Shown in pieces: positions 1 through 13,375 of a stretch of DNA of 64,000 bases (its first letter is position 1; each line of letters starts with the position of its first letter). A model generated the notes under the pieces. It searched no databases and was not told the origin of the DNA. It was given only the letters and a program-made list of their open reading frames with translations. Both the position numbers and the translations under genes were made by a program. This stretch comes from Eledone cirrhosa (Eukaryota): positions 271,932,001-271,996,000 of the forward strand of contig OZ024741.1 of the NCBI GenBank assembly GCA_964016885.1, in the 5' to 3' direction.

Positions 1-1111
1 TTTTTTTAAATTTATTTATCTAAAACCTCTCATAATGTAAACTTTGTTACATTGTTCCAAACACCAGCTTAATAACAAAGAAGTTATATTACTAAATCCC
101 TCCTAATTGTTGATTATTTGAAAATTACTGGCAGTATTTTTCATTTGAAATATGGTAATGAAAGGGATTAATACTTTTTTATAGGCATGTAATGGGATGC
201 ATTTTTGAAGAAATTACTGTATCCGATACAATGTAAATGTGGTTGGTGTTTAGGAAGGGCAACCAGCCATAAAAAGCAAGCCAAACACAGCTCCTATAAG
301 CAAGACATGGCCAACTGGTCAGACTTGTCTCATAATGTGACAAACCATCTAACCCATGCACATGTGGAAAATGGATGTTAAATGTTAGATGATTATGATG
401 TAGGAAAGAACATTATGAAACTCCTTTCCTATCTGTTGGAGTTAAAATTGAACATCAACCATATAAATTCTACTAGAACTATTCCTAGTTTACAGTATAT
501 GAAGGTTTGCCTCTGAATGGTAACTCTTAACATCCTGTACCACATAAAATCACATTAGCTAGAATGTCTTGTGACTTAGTGCTTTGCAACCAATACCTTG
601 TGATGAACATTGGTAGAGTGAAACTCTAGGAGCCTGTTATCTATGTGTTCTTTGCCTGTGTTGTTTACTGTTTGTTTATGTCCTGTAACTTACCAGTTTG
701 ACAAAAAGTCGATAAAATTTCCACCAAGCTTTAAAAAATAAGTACAGGAATTATGATCGACTAAATCCCTTCAAGATAGTACCTCAACATAGCTACAGTC
801 TGAAACAAATAAGAGTAAAAGAATATCTATGCAAGCCTGGGGGAAAACGAAAAACAACATAAACACTATAATAGTTTACATTCTAATTTAGAACCTTTAT
901 TATAACTGTAGAACTTCAAAGCTCTCAATCAATTTAACTCTCTTGTGGTTTAGTGTATTCCAGCCTAGCAAGTAGAAATACAGGTTGTGTTATTAAAACA
1001 CCCAGCCTAATGTAATATTAGTGAATGTAGGTCAGCTGAAGACAACTAAACTGGAAGTTAAACTGATAGAAATATTGTGTAGTAGAAGACAAATATATTT
1101 AAAATAAGAAT

Positions 1112-1165
1112 GACTTTTACAGGACTAGTACTGTTTCATTCTGTTATGAATTCATCAGGAAAAAC
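1112..1165 (-). ncRNA. Type I hammerhead ribozyme-like motif
   Basis: Minus strand reads ttttc CTGATGA ATTC-ataaca-GAAT GAAA CAG-tactagtc-CTG TA aaag: perfect core, helix II and helix III, GUA site; helix I has one mismatch next to the core. Confidence 0.6.
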
Positions 1166-2879
1166 AAATAAATGAAACACGAGAAAAATATTTATGATGG
1201 CAAGATATCATCACTATTTAATGTCCAATTTTCCACCTTAACACTGGTTAGAGTTGTCCTGTTTAGGGAAATAATTCCCAATATGGGGTGCATCCCCCAC
1301 AGGGGAACAATTTGAATATTTAAGTGGAACAATTTGAAATGAGAACAAACTACAGGTTTTACATCAAGGCAATTTTGGTACACATTACTGTTAGAAACTC
1401 AATCTCACTTCCTCCACACTTTATTGTGCATCTGGCACCACTTATATGCCAATTTGTTTATACTTTCAGTTGATCATTGCTGTTTTCTTATCAAGGATGG
1501 GGGGGATAACAGTTTTTAATATGTTGAGATGGGGGGCATTGGCACAAAAGGTTGGGAAACCACTGGCTTAGGTTGTAGGTTTTCAGGATTTTAGACCTTT
1601 ATTTAATGCAACTGAGGGAACAGATAATAAATCTAATTTCCTTCTCTACTCCGTATATGTGTTGTCTTCTGCCTATGGAGCAAATTTGGTTTGGCTCCTG
1701 GCAAAAATAATTCATAAACTTCTTTCAGTTGTCTATTAGAGTTTTCTCACTAACATCCTTGAAAAATGCATGAATGTTACACAATCTCATATACATCTTT
1801 GGCTTTGTATATCATCATCATCATCATTTTACATCTGCTTTCCATGCTAGCATGGGTTGGACATGCCATCATAGTTTGAATAAATTCTTATTCAAGATTA
1901 CTGCCTTCCAAAATGTGTTGGGGACGAAGCCTCTCTCATATGTCCCATTTTTTTTGGCATGGTTTCTACAGCTGTATGCCTTTCCTAACACCAACCACTT
2001 TTGAAAGTGTACTGGATGCATTTTATTGTGACACCAGCACTAGAGATGTTGCCATGCCCTTGGTTACATAATTTCTGGTCCTTTATTCCTATATAAATAT
2101 TAATCAACACACAATTACTTATTGATGCACATTGACAAATACATCCATTAATATACAACAGCATGCATACTGACATCTTAGTGCACACATATACTCATAT
2201 AAACACACACACATTTGGACATGCATATTTCAACATTTGCTTTGTTTGTTCTCTACCTCTTTCATTTTGTTGTATTAACATGATTCATGCAAATGTGTGT
2301 ATTTGTGGAACCACCCAACCTGTTCTAGCATAAGGTAAATTGATGTACAATGATTATAATGATGATGATTAAAAACAAATAATAATTGTGGAGGGGTACC
2401 ACTGCTGGATTGATTCATCCAACAACTCTTACTCTCCAAAAATCCTCTGATTTGGTCCCACACTCTGCCACTCACGATATGAACTAGTCTGTGATGCAGT
2501 TGTACCTGAGCCCCTCGTGGGTAAAACAGCAAGGTTAGATTTTAGACTTATATCTGGTCCTTGCATATATGGTGTTAGCCATTGGAATTATGGTAAGCTG
2601 ACAAATATCTGCATGAGATGTCTGTGGTTGCCATGTATGACCAGCCTGTTTGTGGTGCTGTGATTAAAAAGGTGGATTGACACACTCAAGACAGTTCTTG
2701 AGCTTATATCTGGTCCCTGCTTATATGATGTGCACTGTTAGAATCATGACTGGCTGACTAATACTTGCATCAGATGTGTGATAACTTTATATGGGCAGTC
2801 TCTGTGGTTTTGTGTATGTACTGGTGAGAGCTGGCATGTATGATGTCCACTGTGGGAATCATGACTGGCTGACAGTATT

Positions 2880-3305
2880 GGACATCTGTGATCAGTGTGG
2901 ATGGTCTTTGTGATCCCATGTACAAACGGCCATTGTGATCCCATGCATGGATGGCCTTTGTGATTGCCATGCATGGATGGCCTTTGTGATTGCCATGTAT
3001 GGATGGCCTTTGTGATCCCTTGTATGAATGGCCTTTGTGATTGCCATGTATGGACGGCCTTTGTGATGCTGTATATGGATGGCCTTTGTGATATCCATGT
3101 ATGGACAGCCTTTGTGATATCCATGTATGGACAGCCTTTGTAGTGCTGTGTATGGGCAGTCTTTGTGATGCTGTGTATGGATGGCCTTTGTGATTGCCAT
3201 GTATGGATGGCCTTTGAGATTGCCATGTATGGACTGCCTTAGTGATTGCCATCTATGGACGGCCTTTGTGATGCTGTGTATGGGCAGCCTCTGTGATGCT
3301 GTGTA
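2880..3305. repeat. 25/26-bp minisatellite
   Basis: Units tggatggcctttgtgattgccatgta / tggatggcctttgtgatgctgtgta. Confidence 0.9.
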
Positions 3306-3927
3306 TTCACAGGTGAGAACCAGCTCAACTCATTCTCGGTAAACATTGACAGGAGTACAAATACACTCCCATAGAGCCAGATATAATAATAAAAAAAAAC
3401 TTTGGCAAGCCAGTAGTACAACGGATATCTTCCGAATTTTTATATCTGAAAACCTGTGTCTTATTTAATTTTAAAGTTAAATTGTTAGTTGTATAAATAA
3501 AACATTAACCTCCCATCTATTTCTGAATTTTCAAAAACTCTAATTTATGCTAATTTATGTAAAATTGACTGTAAACATGGCTGTGTGGTTCAGAAGTACA
3601 CTTAATGATCATGTGATTTAGAAGGGTTTAATCCTATTTTGCAGCCTCTTGGGCATATTTTTTACTATAACTTTGGGTTAAGCAATGCCTTTTCATTGGA
3701 ATTTGGTAGACAATGTCTATGTAATGCATGTGTATGTGTGTCTGTCGTATTAGGTTGTATACCACTGCTTGACATCTTGGGCAAGGATTTTCAACTATAT
3801 ACTCAAGCCTATCAATGTCTTGTGAGTGAATTTGGTAAATGGAAATGGTATATAGCCCATTGTGTGTGTATGTCTGTGTATATGACAGTTACTACAAAGG
3901 TCAAGTTGACACTGCTTATATAGCTTA

Positions 3928-4835
3928 CTAGCAGTGGTACCCGGCGTTTTACGGGATAAGGTATTTTGGAACGCGGGCCGTCAACAGACCTAATCGTGGA
4001 AAAACTGCATGCCTGGACAATATGTAAAGAAAATAAACCGAATATTCTGATGGCTGGATAATCTTTGAGATTTTCTTCGATGAAGCAGGAAAAATGCAGG
4101 TTTTCACCTGATGCGGGCCCTAGGGGGTCAAGAAAATAAATTTTTTTTATGTGCATAATATGCCTTGAAATTTCGCGAAAAGCGGCTAGACCTAACGCCT
4201 CCAAAGAATCCTAAAAAGCTGAAAAAATGAAGTTTTTCACCTAATGCGGGTCCTAGGCCATAAAAAAGTTGGATTTTCTTTGCTTATGGTATGAAGAAGA
4301 GACTGACTAATACATAGTTACAATTTCAAGGAAATCGGTCTGACGTAACGCCTCAAATAACCCCTAAAAACCTGAAAAAACGGTCTTTCACTTAATGCGG
4401 GCCCTAGGAGATAAAAAAATGAATTTTTTTATGTGCCTAACACTCCCTGAAACACAAGTAATACACATGTAAAGTTTGAAAAGAATCGGTTGGGTATTTC
4501 TCGAGTTTTAGGGATTCAAACTCACGCGCGCACACACACGCACACGCACGCGCACGCGTGACGTAATGCAGACAGCCAGACATAGACAGATATTATAAGG
4601 GTGCGGCGTTATGTATGTATCTATCCAAAAAGAGAAAGACTAAGAGTTATAGAGAGAGATCGTTAAATCGTCCAATGCGGTCCCTAGGAAAATTTGAAAT
4701 TTTTTTTGCTCAGAACATTCTCTGAAACAAGTATTACATGTGTAAAGTTTAAAAACAGTCGGTTGGCTGCTTCTCTAGGTTTAGGGATTCAAACTCATAC
4801 ACACACAGACAGACATCCTCAGTTTTATATATATA
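3928..4835 (-). mobile_element. Non-autonomous Helitron, family 1
   Basis: Minus-strand 3' end cccgtaaaacgccggg hairpin, short spacer, CTAG then T; 5' end TATATATATAAAACTGAGGATG. Both ends are shared with 47721-48300. Confidence 0.7.
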
Positions 4836-6743
4836 CTAGCATTAAAGCCCGGCGTTGCTCGGGGTCATTAAGTTACCAAAGTTAGGTTGCACCACCCATT
4901 TTATGGCAGCACTTTTTTGTCTGCCAGGCACTGGGTGAATGAATTGCAGACCTGGAAGCATGAGCTGCGCCAGCAGTGACAATTGTAGTTTCGCCTATGG
5001 ATATTATCTCTGTGCAAAAAAGTGTTGAAATTTATTGTTTCACAGTACTTGCGCAACACGCGCGTAGACGATGCCAGCCGAACAACAGAGCTGCGATGGA
5101 GTTGTTCTGCATGGTTGTCTGTGTGTTTTCTAAATTTAAGACAGTAGGGAGGGTTGTGATGAGAGAGAGTTAGCTGTTGTTTCTAGCAGGTTTAGTGACC
5201 TCATAGAAGATATGTTTTCTAAATTTAAGACAGTAGGGAGGGGTGTGATATGGGGGAGAGTTAGCTGCTGTTTCTAGCAGGTTTAGTAACCTCATAGAGG
5301 ATATGTGTTTTCTAAATTTAAGACAGTCGGGAGTGGTGTGAACGGACAGTATCACCATCAAGCTTGGAAAGAGAAAGTAGCAGAAAGTATGAAGTTGTAT
5401 AGATTTTGAATGGTAGTAGAAAGAGTTCAGCAGTTTAAATGAGAGAGAAAAATCGTAAAATATTGAGTTTTATCTATTTTTTGCGTAATTGTGGGTGAAA
5501 TTGAAAAAATTATCTTCGTCAAGACGCAATCGAAACTATTTTGATTACTGAATTGTAAATTTCAATTGAAGAAATTCTATATCGTAGATTTCTATAACGA
5601 AGGAGCATGACCACACACGCGCGTAGACGATGCCAGCCGAACAACAGAGCTGCGATGGAGTTGTTCTGCATGGTTGTCTGTGTGTTTTCTAAATTTAAGA
5701 CAGTAGGGAGGGTTGTAATATGAGGGAGAGTTAGCTGTTGTTTCTAGCAGGTTTAGTTACCTCATAGAGGATATGTTTTCTAAATTTAAGACAGTAGGGA
5801 GTGGTGTGATATGGGGGAGAGTTAGCTGCTGTTTCTAGCAGGTTTAGTGACCTCATAGAAGATGTTTTCTAAATTTAAGACAGTAGGGGGGGGGGGGTGA
5901 TATGGGGGAGAGTTAGCTGCTGTTTCTAGCAGGTTTAGTGACCTCATAGATGTTTTCTAAATTTAAGACAGTAGGGAGGGGTGTGATATGGGGGAGAGTT
6001 AGCTGCTGTTTCTAGCAGGTTTAGTGACCTCATAGAGGATGTGTTTTCTAAATTTAAGACAGTAGGGAGTGGTGTGATATGGGGGAGAGTTAGCTGCTGT
6101 TTCTAGCAGGTTTAGTGACCTCATAGAGGATATTATTGTTTATCATTATCTAAAGGCAGATTGTTGTTGTTGAAGTGAGTGTGTGTTTGTATGCGTTTGG
6201 AAAAGAGGTTTTAAAAAAGATTTATCGCTTGTTGTTGAATAAATGTATCTGTTGCTTTTGAATAATTGTTGTTTCGTATGAAATGTAATAATTGTTTCTA
6301 CTTTTTTGGCACAAGGCCAGCAATTACCCAGTACATTACTGGTACTTTATGTAATAATAAACGTTCTCTATCTCTCTCACTCTCTTCTCTCTCTCTCTTC
6401 GGCAATTACGCACTTTGTCAGATGATATGAGAGAGTAAAACGGACAGTATCACCATCAAGCTTGGAAAGAGAAAGTAGCAGAAAGTATGAAGTTGTATAG
6501 ATTTTGAATGATAGTGGAAAGAGTTTAGCAGTTTAAATGAGAGAGGAAAATCGTAAAATATTGAGTTTTATCTATTTTTTGCGTAATTGTGGGTGAAATT
6601 GAAAAAAATTAGATGTGCCAAGCCGCAATCGATGCTATTTCGAATACTGAATTGTAAATTTCAATTGAAGAAATTCTATATCGTAGATTTCTATAAGAAA
6701 GGAGCATGACCACACACTGAGCTTTATAGATTATGATGATAGA
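4836..6743 (-). mobile_element. Non-autonomous Helitron, family 2, with internal ~90-bp tandem array
   Basis: 3' end cccgagcaacgccggg hairpin and CTAG at 4836-4839; candidate 5' TC end near 6730-6743; internal duplications. Confidence 0.65.
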
Positions 6744-7129
6744 TAGTGACAGTTGATTGTGACACACATGTACATCTAGTCTTGCAACATAACAGTTTAA
6801 TAGCTACTGACTCGTACTGTGTTTGGAAAAAAGTATGGGCTAGCATCGGGGAAGGCATCTAATCATAGAAAAAAGGATCTTGTCCAACACATGCAAGTAT
6901 GGAAACACATGTAAAAAACAATAGTGATGATGATGATTACAATATCGACAAATGGTGTTAACATCAAGAAAAACTGAAAAACAGATGCTTTTGAATAAAA
7001 ATAACTAGTATGGTTTTTCTTCTGTCCTTGTCACTGTCAGTAAAACAGTGAACCAGTAACTGATCTGTTGGAACCCCCATAACCAACAGCAGTGATATTG
7101 TTTAACAAATATGATACAAAATAAATATT

Positions 7130-7490
7130 TAAAGATGAGCTTGGAAGAACTGAGAGAAAAGCTGGGTTTAAGAGGAATCCTAGGTGATGTGCAAGAGACA
7201 AGACTGCATTTGTACAAACATGTGATGCATATGGATGATGATCAATGGGGGAAGAAGTGCCAGAAAATCTCAGTGGATGGAAGCCGCAATAAAAGTAGAC
7301 CGAGAAAGACCTGAGTGGTGGTGGCAGAAGTGGTGAATGCTGATCTCAAATTGCTGAGACTTGCAGAGGTGATGATGAAGAAAGGCGGAAAGTGGAGAGG
7401 TGCTGCTGTGCTGAAAAAAACCCGTCCAACCCATGCAAGCATGGAAACGGACGTAGAAATGATGATGATAACGATGGTGATGACGACAGT
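7130..7490 (+). mobile_element. Old RTE 3' fragment
   Basis: ELREKLGLRGI..VQETRL.LY.HVMHM, followed by the aacccatgc.agcatggaa...gatgatgat tail. Confidence 0.75.
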
Positions 7491-7698
7491 GTGAGTGGAG
7501 TGGCATATGTATTTGAGTGAGTGTAGGTTTTAAAAGAGGAAAGGCCAGTTATGTACAAACATAAATTTGATATTTCCTGCTACATTTTATATATTTATTT
7601 TTATTTTGTTTTATTTTATTTATGAATTGTTTATTTTTTTAAATTCAATTTTTCGTTTGTGTGCGGTCAACTGGAAATTGGTGTTTGTTCTCTTGTAG

Positions 7699-7923
7699 AT
7701 GGAGAGCTCAGCTGTGATTAACCATGAAAATGTAAATCAGATAGTGGACTATCAAACTCATTTCCGACTTAGAGAGAGCCAGGCTAGATCATTTGCTGAA
7801 GACCTCAATGAGCGTGTGACGTACTGGTCCGTTGGTCAGTCTCTGGTCATCTTAATCATCAGCATTGGTCAGGTGTTCATCATGAAGAGTTTCTTCACTG
7901 ATAGAAGAGAAGTGAAGACGTAA
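7699..7923 (+). CDS. TMED7: p24-gamma (TMED7/TMED3-like) terminal coding exon, copy A: coiled coil, TM helix, cytoplasmic tail
   Basis: Pyrimidine tract and AG (ttctcttgtag, AG at 7697-7698) directly before ATG GAG. Translation MESSAV...[28 protein letters not shown]...[18 protein letters not shown] matches the recalled TMED7 C-terminus ([28 protein letters not shown]...KSFFSDKR). Upstream GOLD exons were not seen in the window. Confidence 0.92.
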   Translation: MESSAVINHENVNQIVDYQTHFRLRESQARSFAEDLNERVTYWSVGQSLVILIISIGQVFIMKSFFTDRREVKT

Positions 7924-8026
7924 GACAGGGACATTCAGCAGGAAAGGCTACTGAGGTTGTGATATGAGGATCATATATGTCTCACAATCTCATCTTTTTA
8001 AAAGTGGAAAGAAGAAAAATAACCCA

Positions 8027-8098
<72 letters not shown>

Positions 8099-9045
8099 CC
8101 AAAAAATAAAATTAAGAGTGGGGCTTATTATGAAGACAAAAATCAAAACCAAACATTTGAACATTTTATTAAATTGGAAAATGGACTTGAATTCTAATTA
8201 TTAAAATTATGCCTTATATTTCAAGTAAAATACTCCTTTATGAAGTTAAGAGAAAGGGGGGGGGGAGAGAAGAGAGAGAGAGAAAGGGGGAGAGAGAGAT
8301 AGTGGAATTACACATCCAATAGGTTGACATGCTGATCAATTAATCATAATTCCTTCCTTCTCACCCTTGTTCTCTTAACACTTTCATAAAAGTACATTTA
8401 TTAATGATTTATTTTGTTTGTTTGTTCTGCTAGAATATTTAAATATTAATTATGACACCAACCATATTTCTATTAAGATAGACAGACAGGCATATAGATT
8501 AGACTAGTAATTGGAAATTCCATATTTCAATGCTTCAATCTTAAATTAAAACATTGACTAAAAACTTAATTGCCCTTTTTGATAATACAAAACTATTCAT
8601 TTTAAAGTGTTTGTATTTATCTAAAACTTTTCCATCATGCTTTATGTAAGAAACTTTTATGCTCCAAACTTCAAATAAATGAGTAATATTTCTAAATTAC
8701 TCCAAATTCTTGATTATTTTCAAACATTTGAAAAATCATAGGCAGTATATTTCATTAGAAATATGGCAATGAAAAGGTTAATAGCCCCTCTCTCATAAAA
8801 AAAGAAGAAATAGCCCTTCTCCAACAAATAATATTTCTAAATTACACCAAATCCTTGATTATTTTCAAACATTATTTGAAAAATCATTCGTAGTATATTT
8901 CCTTAGAAATATGTAAAAACAAAAAAAACAAGCAGCCCTTCTTCAAAACAGCAACACAACCCTCTCTCTTTATCTTGCACTATCTTGACACCTTTATATC
9001 CTGCCGAAACTTCAGTGATTATATCATTTTAGTTATTATTATTAG

Positions 9046-9275
9046 CAGGAGGGCAGTGGATTGGCAGTATCAGTAGAGCGTCAGACACCATGCTTTGCAG
9101 CATAGTTACGGCCCTTTATGCTCCGAGTTCAAATCCTGCTGAGGTTAACTTTTCCTTTCATCCTTAAGGGGTTGATAAAATAAAGCACCAGTAATGCACT
9201 GGGGTTGATTTAATCGACTTTCCCCTTTCCCTTCAAATTGCAGGCCTTGTGCCTAAATCAGAAACAATTATTATT
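9046..9275 (+). mobile_element. tRNA-derived SINE (representative of an abundant family)
   Basis: A-box-like tggcagtatcagtagagc, B-box GAGTTCAAATCC, central cctttcatcc..ggggt.gataaaataaag.accag resembling a Deu/Nin-type domain, ATT tail. Further copies at 10770, 16170, 17395(-), 21795, 25380, 30572, 30805(-), 34405-34692(-), 36838, 40495-40980(-) and 44895-45530(-). Confidence 0.75.
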
Positions 9276-9789
9276 GTGTAGTGTTAAGTAACTAAGTAAC
9301 TAAGAGGAATATAAGCCCACCCTTTTAACATTCTCTCATTTTTGTATATTTTCCCTAACAAATATCTTCCACTAACAAACCCATCCACATGTGCCTGTTG
9401 CCATAGAGAGTCACTGGATGGTATTGCCCCCTACTTTTCAGATTTAGAGAATAGAATTTATAAAACAAACAAGAAAAGAAAAAAAACGTCCCAAAATGCT
9501 TTTTCCTTGAATTAAAATGTCTACCCAGATTGTTCTGAAGTCCTCACTGAGCACCATAGCCAAGTGATAGGCTTGCACTGACCTCATAACTAAATAGACT
9601 GTGGTAATGTTAAACTGAAATAGCTTGCTCAGTAGAGAACAAAACAATGTGTGCGTGAAATGTGAATGATAAACTATCGTGTAGCCATCCAATTTCTTTT
9701 ATCTCACATCGTCATTTTATTGTTATCAACCTTTGGTACTGGGAAAACATGTAGTCAGTAACAATGTACAAAGTTAAATTTTCGGCTTT

Positions 9790-10015
9790 AACGAGTGGTT
9801 GCCGGAAAGTATCTGGCTTTGGGGGAAACGAAAATGCAGAAGGATCAGTTAATTATGATTTTATTCAACATTCCCTTCTCGGGTTCACACACTTATTGCA
9901 GCGGTCCTTCAGTTTTTCTAAGCCCTGTAAAAAGAACTCAAAAGGTTCAGCCTCCAACCAGGTCTCTGTAGCAGCGATCAATCCAGGAACTTTTCAGCAG
10001 TCCCTTGAAAGTGCT
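9790..10015. mobile_element. Mariner-type non-autonomous fragment
   Basis: Starts acgagtggttgccggaaagt, a mariner-like TIR; the rest resembles the antisense 3' end of a mariner transposase. Confidence 0.45.
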
Positions 10016-10018
10016 GAG

Positions 10019-10051
<33 letters not shown>

Positions 10052-10272
10052 AAGGATGATGTGTTCAAGAGCAGAGATGCTATAAAACAGTTTATAAAAT
10101 AGGATGAAGACCCTTAAAAGATGGAAAAAGTTGCTATCGTCTACTATGAGGAAATGAACCGTATATCTCCCAGATAGCGGCCAATGGCAACGTTTTTTCC
10201 CCCGTCTTTTAAGAGTCTTAACCCTATTTTATTTATTTTTACAGTATCTCTGCACTTGAGCACATCATCCTT
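10052..10272. mobile_element. Imperfect foldback/MITE-like palindromic element
   Basis: aaggatgatgtgttcaagagcagagat ... atctctgcacttgagcacatcatcctt, with inner arms also complementary. Confidence 0.6.
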
Positions 10273-10276
10273 AACA

Positions 10277-10353
10277 CAGGGTGTCCCCCAAAAATGCATA
10301 CACACTTCAGTAGCATTCTAATAACTATGTACACATATTTTTGGGATATCCTG
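10277..10353. mobile_element. Tiny Tc1/mariner MITE
   Basis: cagggtgtcccccaaaaatg ... atttttgggatatcctg-TA; sister copy at 29803-29900. Confidence 0.6.
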
Positions 10354-10385
10354 TATATATATATGCTTCAAACAAACTATAACAC

Positions 10386-10425
<40 letters not shown>

Positions 10426-10497
10426 GTGTTATAGTTTGTTTGAAGCATTGTGGAATATGAGATACAAATATAACTAGGAAATAAGTTTGGTTAAAAA

Positions 10498-10537
<40 letters not shown>

Positions 10538-10696
10538 CCATAATTTTTATTATTAAAGTGGTGGATTGTTGGAATTGTTAGGGTGTTGGCCAAATTGCTA
10601 GCCTTGTGCCAATGCTAGAAACAATATTTTCTTAGGGTGGTATGTATGGTTGAGAGTTGAATAATAAACTAAATACACTACAGTATTGAAAGTATA

Positions 10697-10740
<44 letters not shown>

Positions 10741-11924
10741 CCACACACATATACACACAGTATTATATAGTAGTTCAAATCCCGCCGAGGTTGACTTTGC
10801 CTTTCATCCTACGGGGTCGATAAAATAAAGTACCAGTAATGCACTGGGTAATTGCTGGCCTTGTGCCTAAAGTAGAAACAATTATATAGTATTTCTCAGT
10901 GGGTACTGAGTATATACAGTATTATATATATATAGTATTTTTTGGTGTTATTGCCCTCAGTAGGGGTTGAGTTCAAATCATGCCACGGTTGTTTTTACTT
11001 TTCATTTCTTCCATGATCAATCAAATAATACCAGTATTACATTAGGACAAAGGGGCAGATGTGTTCAACTAAATAACTATGCAACAATAAAAATTGGCTT
11101 TGTCACTAACAAATCTGCTCTCCTCCTCCTCATCATCATTGTTAGTTTCATCTGTCAACATTTAGTTTTGAATCCACCCTGCACGAGTCAATAAAATAAG
11201 TACCAGACATACACCAAGGTTCATTCAGTCTATTACATTCTTGCTTACCCTGCATGTGTTTGTGTGTGTCTGTGTATCTCTTCTGTGTATCATATTTTGT
11301 TGTTTGTTTTTGTTCAATTATTGAAATATGTTTACAAAATGTAAAAATTCTTGTCACTAAATTAGAATGTAATGAACTACAAAGCAATGATTGTGTTTGT
11401 TGTGGATTTCATCCTCAGACTGGTTCTGGACAACCCCCTGCCAGTTAACTTACACCCCGGTTGAGGTGGAGTGGGGGTGTAAGTATCATATACTTGTGTA
11501 TAAGTCACAGCCCCTGCTAGTTAAGTTACGCGAGTGTGGGGTGGTATACTGTTTATCATATACACTGGTGTAGAAGTCATACCTTTTTTCCTCACAAAAA
11601 TACCTGAAAAACCAGCATGTGACTCATCTACTGGACCTATAAAAAGTCGATTCAAAATATACAGGACATTTAAAGCCATATTAACTACTACAGCAGTGAT
11701 TAATCTTGTGGGCTCCATTTCAACTTCCATACCTATTATGGTGTTCTTTTTGAAGCAATGTTTTATATCCAGATGCTCTTCCTGCTGCCGACCCTTTCAG
11801 TTGCTTCTTACCACATGCAGGAATACAGTGTATCTATTCTAAACTGGATTCACTCAGCAATATGGTATGTTGTAATTTGCTTGAAGCATTGTGCAAAGTG
11901 TAGAAAATATTATTTTATGGGACA

Positions 11925-12384
11925 TTAACCCTTTAGTTACCAACCCATCCAAATCCAGCTCTGGTTCTATGAAACAAAACTACCCATTTTAAAGGTTTCC
12001 AATTTAAATTTAAATTGTCCAACGTAATTTTATATAAAAACCTTCTTTCTTTAAGTTACTATCTTAGTAATGAAATAATTAATAATTTTAGTAAATCCCT
12101 TGAAATTCTTCATTAACCCTTTAACATTTACATTACTCTATATACTATTGTATTTCCATGGGAAAGACTTTATTACACACAATTATCTCACATAATATCG
12201 AATCTATTAGATTTTGATATTATTTATTTTGAGAACAATACCTTAACATCAGTACAAGCAGCTGGTTATAGCCATTTTGAACAGAGAGGTGAGAGAATTC
12301 TGGCCGGATATGGCCAGTTTAAATGCTAAAGGGTTAATTAATTAGAATAGTATATTTCATTGAATGCAGCCATGAAAGGGTTAA
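11925..12384. mobile_element. Nested piggyBac-type MITEs (TTAA-CCC...GGG-TTAA)
   Basis: Outer ttaaccctttag(11925)...gaaagggttaa(12384) contains inner ttaaccctttaac(12113)...gctaaagggttaa(12337). Relatives at 17164-17381, 17682-18170 and 24816-24982. Confidence 0.6.
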
Positions 12385-13019
12385 ATGTTAAAAATAATAA
12401 TAAGGATATTTGATTGTTATCTCTGTGTTGTTTAATAGTCCTTAATATTTCGGAATAAAATCCCATCATCAAAAGAAGAATTGAGGAAAGTCCAAGGTAA
12501 CATTCCAATATCTTTGTCATATTTTGAACCGTTAATGTCCCATTTACATTGCTGTATCCTTCTAATAAAACACACTATTTTCTATTGTAAATGTTGTAAT
12601 ATGAAGATGAGAATTGCAACTCAATCCCTCCCCTCCTCCCACTTCATAGAGTATCTATTGTAAACTGGATTCACACAACAATATGGTACATTGTAAATGT
12701 TAAAGAGTGTGTTGTAGTTTGTTTGAAGCATTGTTGTAGCCTTCTAATAAAACACAGTATTTTCTATTGTAAATGTTGTATGTGAAATGGTGGTACGATT
12801 TATACATATATTTATATACAGTAATATGAAGATGAGAAATGCAATTCAATCCTTTCCCCCCACTCATCCTACCTTCATATATTTAATATTTGAAATTAAA
12901 AACAGTTCTGGTGTGTTTTCAGTTTGAAAGGATTAGTTATCCAACCAACATAATCTTTGTATGTTCTGATAATACTTAGATATTCATAGAATTTCAATTC
13001 AAATTTTTTTTTCTTCTTC

Positions 13020-13057
<38 letters not shown>

Positions 13058-13375
13058 GTGTGTGTGTGTGTGTGTGTGCTATGTTTGTTTATCAACAAAT
13101 AAGCTCAATGGACCTTGGTTCAGAGTATCAATTATTTAAATTTAAAAGATATATGGAGAGAGGAAGAAGCACGCATGATTTGAGAAACAGCATTTTGTAC
13201 ACGCATAGATATATATAGAATAAATAATAGTGAGGGAAATATGCATATTTTAAGATGCTAAAAAAGTCATTATTGGCTCTATATATGTGTGTACAAAATA
13301 CTGTGTTTCTCAATATATACTTCTTTCTCTCTACATGTATTTTTTAAAATTTAATTAATATAAAATATTAAACAG

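Noticed and set aside
2744-3252. Three overlapping His/Thr-rich ORFs
   Set aside because: Products of a 25/26-bp minisatellite.
11534-11842. 102-aa ORF between the TMED7 exons as a possible GOLD exon
   Set aside because: No resemblance to GOLD motifs (CFY/F, FQV..GG..DVD, YxFCFSNEFS) in this translation.
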